DNA of 64,000 nucleotides, taken from NCBI GenBank assembly GCA_030390025.1, contig CM059433.1:29638001-29702000 (forward strand), read 5' to 3'. This document shows, piece by piece, positions 1-11,914 of the stretch. The position numbers were made by a program, and so were the translations under genes. Every line of letters begins with the position of its first letter. Within the stretch, counting starts at the first letter, position 1. The DNA is from Squalus acanthias. Lineage: Eukaryota. The notes below the pieces were generated by a model. The model made no database searches and had not been told where the DNA came from. It saw nothing but the letters and a program-made list of their open reading frames with translations.

Positions 1-163
1 AATTTCGCGGCCCTAATTCCTGAAACTAAAGTGTCAAACTGTTGGATATTTGAACCCAAGCAAGATTTGAAAATAATTTGCTTATTGCTATGAAAATATC
101 TTTCTGATTCCACCACCCCTCCTCCAAGTTAAACCCAATGATTTGTTATTGTGGAATATCCAT

Positions 164-1872
164 GGGGGGACTTTTTTGGGGGGGTCAGCAGGTGCATTCA
201 GTGGCGCGTCGGGTGGGAAACAAAATCTTTTGACTGCGGGTCAGGACCCCGCTGTCAACCCGTTGCCACGTGACTTTCCCAGATGTCGGGACTGTCAGGG
301 CTGAACAGACCCGACATGCAGTGGCGGGGGAGGCAGTTCACGTCATTATGACCTTGTTAACAGCCCATTAAGAAGTATTTTGAGCTCACCTTTACATTTT
401 AAGAGGTCACCCATGTGGTCCACACTGCTCGGGGATCAGGTCAAGTAAGGAGGTCGGGAGTTGTATGACCATGGAATCATCTCTTTACTTGACAGCTGTA
501 AATGTGCGATAAAAGTTCCCATCTCACAGATTGAGCTTTATGCAGGTTGCAAGTGTTTGGAACAAACTCTCTATCCAGTGTCATCTCATTGGAGCAACCT
601 CTCTCACCTTTGACAGATTGCTTCTGTCATCTCAAGTTCACCTGCCATCTATTACATCAGTGTCAGTGCCCTGAAACTATCTCACCTTGGTCCTCAGAAT
701 CTTACCACGATCAGCCCCAACACCAGCATCACCAACAATAACACCAACCTTCCCCGCAATCAACTGATGTTGCACAGGACATGGCATCGGCACCTGACCA
801 CATTGCTGCCCGGGACGCCAGGGATGGCCTCACCATGGCCAGATTTACTTCACTTGACACTGTACACCCTGGCTGTCATATGATGCATCAGGTTGGCACC
901 ACCCCACACCAACACCTTAAAGCATCCTACAATGCCCAAGCCATTCCTTTCACAGTCATTGCGGGGGTGGTACCGTTATGTCTCACCATTCATTGCAACT
1001 CACTAAGACGCTTCCAAAAGTGCACACAGATCTGTCCAAGAAGGTAAAGTGTTGAAAATAAAGATTTAAATGTTTGACAACACATTAACAGAAACTTTAC
1101 ATGAACATTGGCTAAAATGCACAAGTGCCTACCCTTGTATGTTGTTAGTTGGTATGATAGGACTAGGATGAGGGTGAGTGTGAGGGGTGGCTAGTGAGAT
1201 GGGGAAGTGATAATGTAGATAGAGAGGGATGGGTAGAGGTGCAAGGTAAATTGGTGTGAGTAAGGATGTGCAGGAGTAGGGTAGGGAAGGCAGAGTGATG
1301 GAGATGTGATGAGTGGCACATCAGGATGAGGTTGAATGTATTTTGCAGTAACGCTTCGTGATCTACTGAGATCATTGAAAGGTTCGCGCCACTGCAGCCT
1401 GGTCCTCCTGACGACATCCCTGCTTGTGTCGTCCTGTGCAATGTGCAACCAGGCTGCGTTAGTGTCCTGGGGAGGTCTCTTCCACCCATGTGAAGGGAGG
1501 AAAACCTCCCTGCATGTCGTGACTCCCTCCATAAGCATATGGAGGGAGTCATGGGAGAGCCTGGGTGCAGGCGTACACCTCTGTGCAGTGCTTGTTAGTG
1601 TTTGCAGCACCTCAATGCTGTAGAACACTGACAGCACAACTGTCAAACTAACTTTGCGCATGGTTCATTTAAGGAAACCGGCTGATGACATGTCATCAAA
1701 TGACGTCATCAGACCCACTTCTTTCAATTGGCCAGCAAACGCACTGGGCGGGCTTAACAAGCCCAATCAACGTAAAATCATTCTACAGAGCGGGCTGGAG
1801 CTAGCAGCGGGGTCGGGTCCCACCATTGACGTCACCCGCCATGGTCCCGCCAAGGTAGGGATAATCGCGGCC
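164..1872 (+). mobile_element. Non-autonomous, internally deleted PIF/Harbinger element (family D)
   Basis: Flanked by a direct CAT repeat (161-163 / 1873-1875). Right end ...ATAATCGCGGCC matches the family-D TIR (37835/38695). Collinear with 23604-26049. Retains a Q/H-rich transposase N-terminal remnant on + (~680-790, similar to 16950-17090) and a decayed Myb/SANT exon on - (APRLSHDSLHMLMEGV...WLHIAQ...FNDLSRS, ~1360-1590). Left TIR is degenerate. Confidence 0.75.
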
Positions 1873-3412
1873 CATGTTTTTTGTCTCCACTTATTTGCAT
1901 ATTGTCCTGATTTGATTTTGGATGGTGCCGGGAAGTGAGTTAAATCATGAGTGTAACAGTTTTTTTCAGATTTGCAATATTTGACTAACACTGATATCTG
2001 TGTTTAGAGTCATAAAGGTAATTACTTACAACTAGGCTCTCCAGTATTAAAATGTTAAAACAATTTATCAAAAAAATTGGCAAAAGTGCCTGCTCGCCTT
2101 TGAAACCGATAAACTTAATGAAATGGCAAAAAATGTGCGTTTTTGTAACATGCAATTCCTGAGAAAAAAAACCAGGATCAATAAAGGAAAATAAAATCTG
2201 GAAATGTCCCAAAGTTCGTTATTCCCGCCATGGAGTAAACAATGTTTTGGATGAATACCCATAAAGTCCAGCATATGCTCAGGCATCTAGTGGCAATCCT
2301 GACTTCCCTGCTGTTTGAAGTACAAGAAACCCTTATTATTGTATGGTGTTTGACAGTCAGTCAATCCCTTCAGGTAACAATGGGAACGCTTTGGAATTAG
2401 AATCGTTTCTTTCTGATTATCTGTGAGCTTTGGGATTGTCCCTCCTCACCCAGCCCTAAATGCCCAACTCAACTGTGGATTCTTAGAAGATTGAGGGGTG
2501 ATCTGATCGAGGTGTTTAAAATGTTAACAGGATTTACATTTAACAGGACAGCCCCAATGTTATTGGTGTCTTTGCCTATGTTGTTGGGTCATTGTGAGAA
2601 TGGGTATAAATTGCAAATAAAGATCTCCTATTGCAGAACTTTGCTGGAAGCCTTCTGGAGTATAGAATAAGTATGGTGGTGAACAACCCAAAGCCTTGCA
2701 GATATAGTACTTCATTGCTGAGCCCGGCAAGGTACTTTTTATCTCATTGTATTCTCCATGTTGCTCTTCACTTCATCTGGGAATTTTGAGAATCTTCTGG
2801 GTTTTAGGTGTAAAATTCCCTTCTATCATTCCTAATGGAGAACAAGTTGCATCATAAGAACTTAAGAACAGAAGAGCATAAGGAATAGGAGCTGGAGTGG
2901 GCCATTTGGCCCTTCGAGCCTGCTCTACCATTCATCAAGATCATGGCTGATCTTCGACCTCAACTCCACCTTCCCGCACTATCCCCATATCCCTTAATTC
3001 CCTTAGTTCCCAAAAATTTATCGACTGCTGTCTTGAATATACTGAATGACTGAGCATCCACAGCCCTCTGGGGTAGAGAATTCCAAAGATTCATAACCCT
3101 TTGAGTGAAGAAATTTCTCCTCATCTCAGTCCTAAATGGCCTGCATCTTATTCTGTGACTGTGACCTCATGTTCTAGATTCCCCAGCCAGGGGAAACATT
3201 TTCCCAGCATTAACCCTGTCAAGCCCCTTAAGAATTTTATGGGGTAAAAATTCAGTTGGTTGCGCCTCCCGTTAGCGCCTTAAAAGGGCGCTAATGGGGC
3301 GTTAAGGCGCTAACGCCCGGGCGCAGCGCTGTTTGCGCCGCTCGAGAACTTAACTTGAGATTGTGCGGCGGCGCTAAAACTTACCGCTGCGACCACCTGC
3401 GCGCGCAGATTG

Positions 3413-3558
3413 TGACGTCATTCCGTGGTGCAACGCCCTTGGGGCGCCCCGGAGCGGAAATTGAGTGGCGCCCCCTGCCTTACCGCCTGGCGCTTCCAAC
3501 GACCGGAAGACTGGAACGTTATCAATCGGTGTGGGGCTGGGGGGGGGCGCTATTTAAA
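3413..3558 (+). promoter_or_regulatory. Putative transposase promoter: CRE palindrome TGACGTCA (3413-3420) and TATA-like TATTTAAA (3551-3558)
   Basis: Motifs read directly from the sequence and conserved in the 14701 and 47599 copies. They lie ~200 bp upstream of the transposase ATG. Function is inferred. Confidence 0.5.
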
Positions 3559-3751
3559 GGGGGCCTCTTCCTGTCTTTTTCTGTGGTCGACATTTATGCA
3601 CCACTCGTTCTGAGAGAGAGAGAGAGATTCGGAGAGAGAGAGAGAGACTTCTACATTGACTCAACGCTTTGTGAGGTAGTTTGGCCTAGTTCATCCTAAC
3701 TTTGCTGCTACTTTCGTTGCTGTACCTCATTACTTTTCTGGCAAAGAGAAT

Positions 3752-4912
3752 ATGGGGGCTGCAATGATTGGGGGCGTCGTCCTGCTCCAGCTCAATCGGA
3801 GGATAGTGAGACGCAGACAGAGAGTGGCAATGATGGCCAGACGGAGGAGGGCCATCAGGCGCATGTACAGGAGAGCTTACCCTCCCAGGGTATATCGTGA
3901 ACAGCTCTCCTACATCCACATGTCCGAGGAGCTGTGTTTGCGAAGGCTGCGATTCAGCAAGGAGGTGGTCACTGAGCTCTGCCACCTGCTGCAGCCAGAT
4001 CTGCAGCCTCAGCTGAGGTCCAGGACGTCTCTGTCGGTGGCAGTGAAGGTCACAGTGGCTTTGAACTTCTACGCCACTGGCTCATTCCAAGCTGCTGTTG
4101 GGGACCTCGCCAATATCTCCCAGTTTGCGGTGCATCGCTGCATCCGGCAGGTCACCAATGCCCTCTTCACAAGGAGACGAGACTTCATCTCCTTCCCTAT
4201 GACCCCAGACAAGCAGCATGACCGTGCTATGGGCTTTGCGAGGGTAGCGGGCTTCCCCATGGTGCAGGGCGCCATTGACTGCACGCATGTGGCTTTGCGT
4301 GCTCCGCGAGAGAATGCAGAGGAGTTCCGGAACAGAAAGGGGTTCCATTCCTTGAATGTGCAGTTGGTCTGTGACCACAGACAGGTGATTCTCGCTGTCA
4401 ATGCCCACTATCCGGGCAGCTGCCACGATGCTTTCATCCTGCGCCAGAGTACTGTGGCAGAAATTTTCGAGGCACCGCATCAGCCAGTTGGTTGGCTTCT
4501 GGGGGACAAGGGGTACGCATTGAGCACCTGGCTGATGACACCGCTCCGTGCGCCAAACACCCCTGCTGAGCTGCGGTACCAGGAAAGCCAACAAGCAACC
4601 AGGAACATTATTGAGCGCACAATCGGCGTGCTCAAACAACGATTCCGCTGTCTGGACCATTCCGGAGGAGCCCTGCAGTACTCGCCTGAGCAAGTTTCCA
4701 AATTCGTAGTGGTGTGCTGCATGTTGCACAACATGGCAATCCTCAGGACGCAGCCAATGCCACCAGGCCTTGCAGCACCACAAGAGGAGGAGGAGGAAGA
4801 GGAGGAACAGGCCGAGGACGATGATCAGCAGCAGCACCAAGGCAGGAGGGCGGCCCACAATGGTCAAACTGCAAGGGCCGTCCGTCAACGACTAATAGCA
4901 AGCCGCTTCTAG
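3752..4912 (+). CDS. Harbinger (HARBI1-like, DDE_Tnp_4/IS5-like) transposase, 386 aa
   Basis: Single open frame ATG to TAG. HTH-like region (LSVAVKVTVALNFYATGSFQ...ISQFAVHRCIRQV), catalytic motifs GAIDCTH, LLGDKGY and IERTIGVLKQRFRCL, plus NRKGFHSLNVQ, PGSCHDA and CCMLHN. Acidic C-terminal tail. Confidence 0.95.
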   Translation: MGAAMIGGVVLLQLNRRIVRRRQRVAMMARRRRAIRRMYRRAYPPRVYREQLSYIHMSEELCLRRLRFSKEVVTELCHLLQPDLQPQLRSRTSLSVAVKVTVALNFYATGSFQAAVGDLANISQFAVHRCIRQVTNALFTRRRDFISFPMTPDKQHDRAMGFARVAGFPMVQGAIDCTHVALRAPRENAEEFRNRKGFHSLNVQLVCDHRQVILAVNAHYPGSCHDAFILRQSTVAEIFEAPHQPVGWLLGDKGYALSTWLMTPLRAPNTPAELRYQESQQATRNIIERTIGVLKQRFRCLDHSGGALQYSPEQVSKFVVVCCMLHNMAILRTQPMPPGLAAPQEEEEEEEEQAEDDDQQQHQGRRAAHNGQTARAVRQRLIASRF

Positions 4913-5206
4913 GGCCCCTGCCATTGCTACAAACACGAATCAACCCAGCACGCAACCCCTAAGCCGGCCAAGGCACCAATAATTCCAACCACCAGCCATG
5001 TATATTTTGAATACAGAAACTTATTTATTGTACAAACTCTGTGTGTGTCAATTCCTCATGACAAGCTCATAGAATTAAACACAAAAAAACAGTCAATAAC
5101 ATAACTGGTTCTCACAACCTGGAGATAATGTCCAAAACACTAAACAAAAGTTGGGCCATGAACCTCGGCCTTTAATAAAAAAATGACCAGCATTTTGGCA
5201 CACCTC

Positions 5207-7116
5207 CTACTTTTTGCCCTTCGAGGGTGATCTCCTTCCCTTGCGCACTTCCCCCCTTCTAACCCTACTGCTCCTCCGTAATGGGACCTCAGTGGCTGCA
5301 GCAAGGCTGGTGGAAGGCTGCTGCTTGTCAGACCCTGACACTGCAGATGCCCCTGAAGGACGGCCTCGACCACTTCTGGGCCTGGAGGGCCCGGCTGCAG
5401 ACTGCACCAACTCTGCATGGGCGGCAGCAGTCTGTCCTACAGGCGGTGGCAAGTGCAGTGGAGAAGTGACAGTGTTGGCAGCAGGAATGCTGTCATCGTG
5501 AGAGAGGACAGCAACTCCCTGCTCGCCCGACACACTGGCACTCCCACGGGGCAGCACTTCAGCATCCGGAGCAATTTGCCGGAGAACAGATTGCTGGCCT
5601 GCTGCGGCGCGGTGACAGCCCCGGGGACATGTGCACGAACCATCGAGGATGGCAGCAGTCAGTGCTCGCGTGGCCTCAATCTGAGTCTGCATGAGAGCAG
5701 TCTCAGATGGGTTCCTGGCAGCCAGTGACTGAATTGCAGCACTAAGCTTTAGTGTGGCATCCGCCTGTGCTACAGCGAAGTGCTCCACACTCCTTGCCAG
5801 TGCCTCAATGCATTCGGGCACCCTTCCCACTGCACCCATGAGCTCAGTGTGCATGCCCACCGCCTGGCTGTTCATTTCTGCAATCAGCCGCTCCTCCTCT
5901 GCGTCCATTGCATTAGGAGTGTCTGGCATACTCTCCCTCTGGGGAGAAGGCTCCCGTTCTTCCCTCCCCCCCCCATGGCGTGGCTGCAGCCCGCTGGGTC
6001 CTGGAGCTTCACCATCATCAGCCCCTTCCCCCCTGCTCCCCCGTTCTTCCCTCCCCCCCCAATGGCGTTGCTGCAGCCCGCTGGGTCCTGGAACTTCACC
6101 ATCATCAGCCCCTTCCCCCCTGCTCCCCTCCGGGGAAGGCGTGTTCCCAGTGTGGCCATGGGCTTCCTCGGGAGAGGGTGGCACTGATGCTCCGGCTTCC
6201 TCTTCCTCCTCAGCTGCAGCATCACTCCCAGTGGCAGCTTCAGGGACCATCTCCTCAGCTGGTGAATCACCATCTGAAAGCAGGGAGGTACAAGAGTGGC
6301 TTTAGCGTGAGGACAGGGTGGCAGTAAGGGAGGAATAAGTGCAGCGAGTTAGCAAGTTGGATTGAAAGTGTCAAAGGCTGGTATTGTGAGGGACAAGTGG
6401 AAGGACAGAGGACAAAAAGGTGATGACCTTACCATTGCTGTCCACAACGGGGTCGGCGTCCCCAGTGGCGACGGGACCGATCACCCGGCTTGCCACAATC
6501 CTGTGGACGCGCTCCTCCAGATCGCTGAGGGGTTGCAGCTGAAGCCGCCCTCCACCCGTCCGTTGCTGCTGTCTCCGATTATGAGCCAGCTTAGCCTGCA
6601 AGAAAAAGGACAGCATCTGAGTCAATATGCAGCCATGGTCTTGCCTGATGTGCCTCCCATAGGTGAATAGCCCTTACAATATGCAGCCATGGTCTTGCCT
6701 GATGTGCCTCCCATAGGTGAATAGCCCTTACTGTATGCAAAGTGTGGAATGTGTGTGTGTGTTTGATGAAAGGGCCATAGGTGTTGCATGAGTGTTGTGC
6801 ATTGGGGTTTTAAGACCCTCTGGCCATAGAGTGAGGTTGAGATGGAGGGATGGAGAGGTATTGAGAAAAAGCCACTCACCCTGACGACCCGAGTGAGGTC
6901 GTTGAACTTTTTGCGGCACTGAACATGGGTCCTGGGCACCATGCTCCTGGAGGAGACGCTCTGAGCCACCTCCCTCCACACTCTTCTGAACTCGCGTGGC
7001 AAAGGCCTCCTGCCACTCTCCGGGAACAGCATGCATCGTCTGCGCTCCACTGCGTCAACCAGAGCATCCAAGGCCCGCTCGGTGAAGCGATGAGCGCGTT
7101 CTCTCACCCTCTCCAT
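5207..7116 (-). CDS. Harbinger ORF2: Myb/SANT-like (NAIF1/MSANTD-type) DNA-binding protein, 3 exons, predicted 488 aa
   Basis: Exons 7116-6880 (237 nt; MERVRERAHRFTERALDALV...WREVA...CRKKFNDLTRVVR; donor GTGAGT), 6595-6433 (163 nt; AKLAHNRRQQQRTGGG...; donor GTAAGG) and 6273-5207 (1067 nt; acceptor CTTTCAG). Phases 0 and 1 join into one frame of 1467 nt. Basic C-terminus (RRSSRVRR...KGKK). Confidence 0.88.
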
Positions 7117-7624
7117 GCTTGGCAGCAAAATGGATTACAGGTCTCTCCAGGCTGAGATTCAAGGCTGCAATGAGCAGGGTGTGGCTGGGGAGCAAGTGGC
7201 CCCCCCCCCCGCTTTAAGAAGTGTCCGGCGCCAGTGTGTCTGTGTTCCCTCGCTAACTGGCAGCAGCTGCGCTGCGCTCGTGCGCTGAGGTAGCGCCTCA
7301 CTCCTAGGCCTTTGCGCCTTAAGAGAGGTGTGCAGCGCCTAATTTAGCGCTCCACTCACCTCCCGGGGCGGTAAAAGTGAAGTTTCCTGTCAGTGCCGAT
7401 AATTAGCGCCAGGTGCTAATATTTGCGCGCGGACGATATTTGCGCCCCAAATGGGGCGCGACCTAATTTCTACCCCTATATGTTTTAATTAGATCACCTC
7501 TCATTCTTCTAAACTCTAAAGGCCTAGTCTACTCAATCTCTCCTCATAGGGCAATCCCCTCATCCCAGGAACCAGTCTAGTGAACCTTCGCTGCACTCCC
7601 TCTAAGGCAAGTATGTCTTTCCTT

Positions 7625-8080
7625 TCTCCAAGGCGGCCTTCGAGATACACGACAGCGCAAAATCATAGAGCAGAAACTGATAGCCAAGTTCCGCACTCAT
7701 GAGGATGGCCTCAATCGCGATATCGGGTTCATGTCACGATACAGAACGTGACTTGACATCATGGCCGGTCTTCCCAGGTGGTTTTTTTTTTTTTTTTTTG
7801 TTTTTTTTTTTAAAAAGGCTAACACAAGAACACAAATTGACAGGATATGCAGCCAGCAGGTGGTTTGACACGTTGGACCCCCTGGGACACATCTCATTGT
7901 CTTGGCTGTGCTCTTTGTTGTAGCGAATAATGTGAATAGATTTTGTCTGGGTTTAAATTGTGAATTCTGGGAGATTCTCTCATTGCTAACTTACCTGACG
8001 AAGGAGCGACAGCTCCGAAAGCTTGTAAAATTAAATAAATCTGTTGGACTATAACCTGGTGTTGTGCGACTTCTCATTTT
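7625..8080 (+). mobile_element. 5'-truncated Penelope-like element (family P1) 3' end
   Basis: Encodes a GIY-YIG C-terminal-like segment LQGGLRDTRQRKIIEQKLIAKFRTHEDGLNRDIGFMSRY. Hammerhead at 7991-8028. TSD TTTCCTT (7618-7624 / 8081-8087). Confidence 0.8.
7991..8028 (+). ncRNA. Minimal type I hammerhead ribozyme (Penelope-associated)
   Basis: TTAC-CTGACGA-A-GGAGC(gaca)GCTCC-GAAA-GCTT-GTAA. Core boxes present, 5-bp stem II, palindromic AGCT stem III (dimer type), stem I TTAC/GTAA. Confidence 0.75.
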
Positions 8081-11000
8081 TTTCCTTAGGTAAGGAGACC
8101 AGAACTGTACACAGTACTCCAGGTGTGGCCTCACCAATGCCCTGTATAATTGTAGTAAGACTTCATTACTCTTATACTCTAATCCCTTTGTAACAAAAGA
8201 TAACATACCATTTGCTTTCCTAATTGCTTGCTGTACCTGCATGTTAACTTTCTGTGATTCATATACAAGGACACCCAGGTCCCTCTGAGTGCAAACATTT
8301 CCCAGTCTCTCACCATTCAAAAAATATTCTGCTTTTTTATTTTTCCTACCAAACTGGATAACTTCTCACTTCCCCACATTGTATTCCATTTGCCATGTTC
8401 TTGCCCACTCAGTCAACCTCTCTTTATCTCTCTGCAGCCTCTTTGCATCCTCCTCACAGCTTACTTTCCCACCTAACTTTGTATCATCAGCAAACTTGGA
8501 TACGTTACACTCAGTTCCTTCATCTAAGTCATTAATATAGATTGTAAATAGCTGAAGCCCAAGCATTGATCCTTGGGGTACCCCGCTAGTTACAGCCTGC
8601 CAACCTGAAAAAGTCCTGTTTATTCTTACTCTGTTTTCTATCCATTAACCAATCCTCAATCCATGCTAATATATTACCCCCAATACCATGAGTCCTAATT
8701 TTGTGTAATAACCTCTTATTGAATGCTTTTTGAAAATCTAAATACACTACATCCACTGGTTCCCCGTATCCATCCTATTAGTTACATCTTCGAAAAATTC
8801 TAACAGATTTGTCAAACGTGATTTCCTTTTTATAAAACCATGTTGACTCTGCCTAATCATATTATGATTTTCTAAGTGCCCTGTTACCATGTCCCGAATA
8901 ATAGATTCTAGCATTTTGCTTACTACTGATGTCAGGCTAACTGGCCTATAGCTACCCGTTTTTTCTCTTCCTCCTTTCTTAAATAGCAGGGTTATGTTTT
9001 CTACCTTCCCATCCTTGGGGACTGTCCTAGAATTTAGGGAATTCTGGAAGATTAATACTAGTGCATCCACTATCTCTGCAGCTACCTCTTTTAAAACCCT
9101 AGGATGCAGGTCATCAGCTCCAGGGGATTTGATGCCACTTAGTCCCAATAATTTCTCCAGTACTGTGTCTTTGCTTATACTGATTTCTTTAAGTTCCTCA
9201 TTCTCTCTAGACCCTTGGTTCCCCAATATATCCGGAATGTTTTGTGTGTCCTCTACTGTGAAGACAGATACAAAGTATTTGTTTAATATCTCTGCCATTT
9301 CCTTATTGCCCATTATAATTTCTCCTGTCTCTGCCTCTAATGGGCCCACGTTTACTTTACTAATCTCTTCCTATTTACATACCTATAGAAACATTTACAA
9401 TCTGGTTTTATGTCTCTTGCTAATTTACTCTCATATTCTTTTTCCTCTTTCCTTATCAATTTCTTGGTTCTCCTTTGCTGAATTCTAAAATCCTCCCAAT
9501 CCTCAGGCTTACTATTCTTTTTGGCAACATTATAAGTCACTTCCTTTGATCTAATACTATCTTTAACTTCTCTTGTTGGCCACGGTTGGACCACTTTTTC
9601 TGTGGGGTTTTTGTGCCTTAAAGGAATGTATATTTGTTGTAAATTATGTATTAATTCTTTAAATGCTTGGCATTGCTTGTCTACCATCATACCTTTTAAT
9701 GTAGTTTCCCATTCTACCTTAGCCAACTCACCCCTCATACCTATGTAGTTTGCTTTGTTTAGATTTAAGACCTTAGTTTCGGATTTAACTAAATCACTTT
9801 CAAACTCAATATAAAATTCTATCATATTATGGTCACTCTTCCCTAAAGGCCTCTTTAATATAAGTTTATTAATTAACCCTTTCTCATTGCACAATACTAG
9901 ATCTAAAATAGCCTGTTCCCTAGTTGGTTCCTCAACACACTGATCTAGAAAACTATCTTGTATACATTCCATGAATTTGTCCTCCACATTATTACTGCAA
10001 ATTTGGCTTGCCCAGTCTATATGTAGATTAAAGTCCCCTATGATTACTTTATTAGCCTTGTTACATGCACCTCTAATTTCCTGATTAATACTCTGCCCTA
10101 CATTACAACTACTATTTGGGAGCCTATAAACAACTCCTACCAATGTTTGTTGTCCCTTGCTGTTTCTTAGCTCCACCCAAACTGATTCTATTTCTTGATT
10201 TTCAGAGCTAAGATCCTTTCTCTCTACTGTCTTTATCCCATCCTTTATTATCAGGGCTACCCCTCCTCCTTTTCCATTTTGCCTATCTCTTCAGAAAGTT
10301 AAGTATCCTGGAATATTTAGTTCCCAACCTTCGTCACTTTGCAACCACGTTTCCGTAATGGCTATTAGATCAAACTTATTCATTTCTATCTTCTCTATTA
10401 ATGCATCTATTTTGTTGCAAATGCTTTGCGCATTCAGATATAATGACTTTAGCTTTGACTTTTTTCTATTTTTCCCTGATGTCACCTTAGCCACTGATGC
10501 CCTATTACCTTTGTTACTCTCTCTGTCCCTTCCTGACTCACTCTGCTTATTTTTATCCAAAACTCCACTCTGCCCTAGAGCCTTGACATTTCTCTTGCTG
10601 CTTTTCCATTTACTCTTTCCTGAATCCTCCCCCGCGCCCCCCCCCCCCCCCCCCCAAACCACTTCATTAGTTTAAAACCCTGTCTACTGCCCTAGTTATT
10701 CGATTCACCAGGACACTGGTCCCAGCCTGGATTAAGTGGAGCCCGTCCCAACGGAACAGCTCTCTCTTTCCCCAGTACTGATGCCAGTGTCCCATGAACT
10801 GAAACCCCTTCCTCCCACACCACTCTTTGAGCCACGCATTTAAACCTCTAATCTGTTTGTCCCTATGCCAAATTGTGCGTGGCTCAGGTAGCAATCCAGA
10901 GATTATTACCTTTGAGGTTCTGCTTTTTAATTTGGATCCGAGCTCCTCAAACTCCCTCAGCAGAACCTCAGTCCTAGTTCTGCCTATGTCATTGGTTCCT

Positions 11001-11914
11001 ACATGGACCATGACAACTGGATCCTCTCCCTCCCACTCCCAAATTCTTCTCTACCCAGGCAACAAAGCCTTCGGTACTCCCTGTCGTGGCTGCAGGGAAC
11101 AGTATCTATCCCCCTGACTATACTGTCGCCTACCACGACCACATTCCTTTTTACTCCCCCCACTTGAATGGCCTCCTGTACCACAGTGACTCTCCCCCTC
11201 CCTGATGCATCACAATGTCTGCAGCTCGGACTCCAGCTCAACAACTCTGAGCCGAAGTTCCTCGAGCTGCAATTCCCATATGCTGCAGTTACGACACATC
11301 ATCTGCACTGCCATCTCTATCTAAACTTATTTTGTTTATATAATAAGCTAATTTAAGTTATTAATTTAATAAAGTAATAGCAGTTATTCTCCCAGCTCTT
11401 AATTTAACAAAGTTTCCTAATTTAGAGAGGAAAAAAAGCTGTACTAATCATCAACCAATCACCTGCCTGCTGCCTTGTGAGTCACTCCATGATTTTTTGA
11501 TTCCACTGCTCTGCTGCTCCCGGCCAGTTTATTTAGTTAATTAAACTTAAATTAAAATTAAAATTAGGCAGACAGCTTTTGTTAAAAAAAAAAGCAAATG
11601 ACTTACTGTTTACTCACCAGCTTTACTCAGACTCAGACTGTGCCTTCGAGCTCTCCGTGACTTCACTTTATCGGATTTTCCTTTTCGTTAGTTTCACTGC
11701 CTGCTCTACTTAATCTATTTTTATATTAGTTATCAATTATTCTGAATATTTATTTAACAATTTATTTATAGTTAAGTTAAAAATAAAAAACTAACACTAA
11801 AAAGAGTGTGTAAAGCAGATTAAATATTGAGCTCAATCTCCTCTGGATCCGCTGCCGATTATGACGTCACTTTTATGATGTTTTCCTCTCTCGGTTTGTT
11901 ACTCCCCCGCTCAG

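Larger units (their letters stand above)
3241..7476 (+). mobile_element. Full-length, potentially autonomous PIF/Harbinger DNA transposon (family A, 4236 bp)
   Basis: TIRs GGGGTAAAAATT (3241-3252) and AATTTCTACCCC (7465-7476), 11/12 match. 3-bp TSD TAT on both sides. Two convergent uninterrupted genes (DDE transposase on +, Myb/SANT protein on -). CpG-rich subterminal regions. Confidence 0.95.
2852..11900 (-). mobile_element. Near full-length, decayed CR1 LINE (esterase ORF1 + APE/RT ORF2), interrupted by a Harbinger (3241-7476) and a Penelope fragment (7625-8080)
   Basis: 3' tail with AAGAAC-type short repeats near 2852-2880. Sequence is continuous across both insertions (TSDs TAT and TTTCCTT). 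RT motifs (LFTIYINDL, FADDTK, YRPVSLTS) at 8366-9349, endonuclease motifs (AITETWL, IGDFN, SDHN) at 9352-10450, SGNH esterase motifs (VVGDSIVR, VHVGTNDI, DGLHL) at 10667-11150. Many stops and frameshifts. Confidence 0.9.

Noticed and set aside
1..12. AATTTCGCGGCC resembling a family-D TIR
   Set aside because: Only 12 bp at the window edge; it cannot be confirmed.
3752..4912. Host HARBI1 gene or bacterial IS5 contamination
   Set aside because: It lies between TIRs with a TSD inside a CR1, has an intron-containing partner gene, and has multiple MITE relatives.
4069..6327. Overlapping antisense or alternate-frame ORFs in the Harbinger (e.g. 4082-4888 -, 5754-6305 +)
   Set aside because: No recognisable motifs; expected shadows of GC-rich coding sequence.
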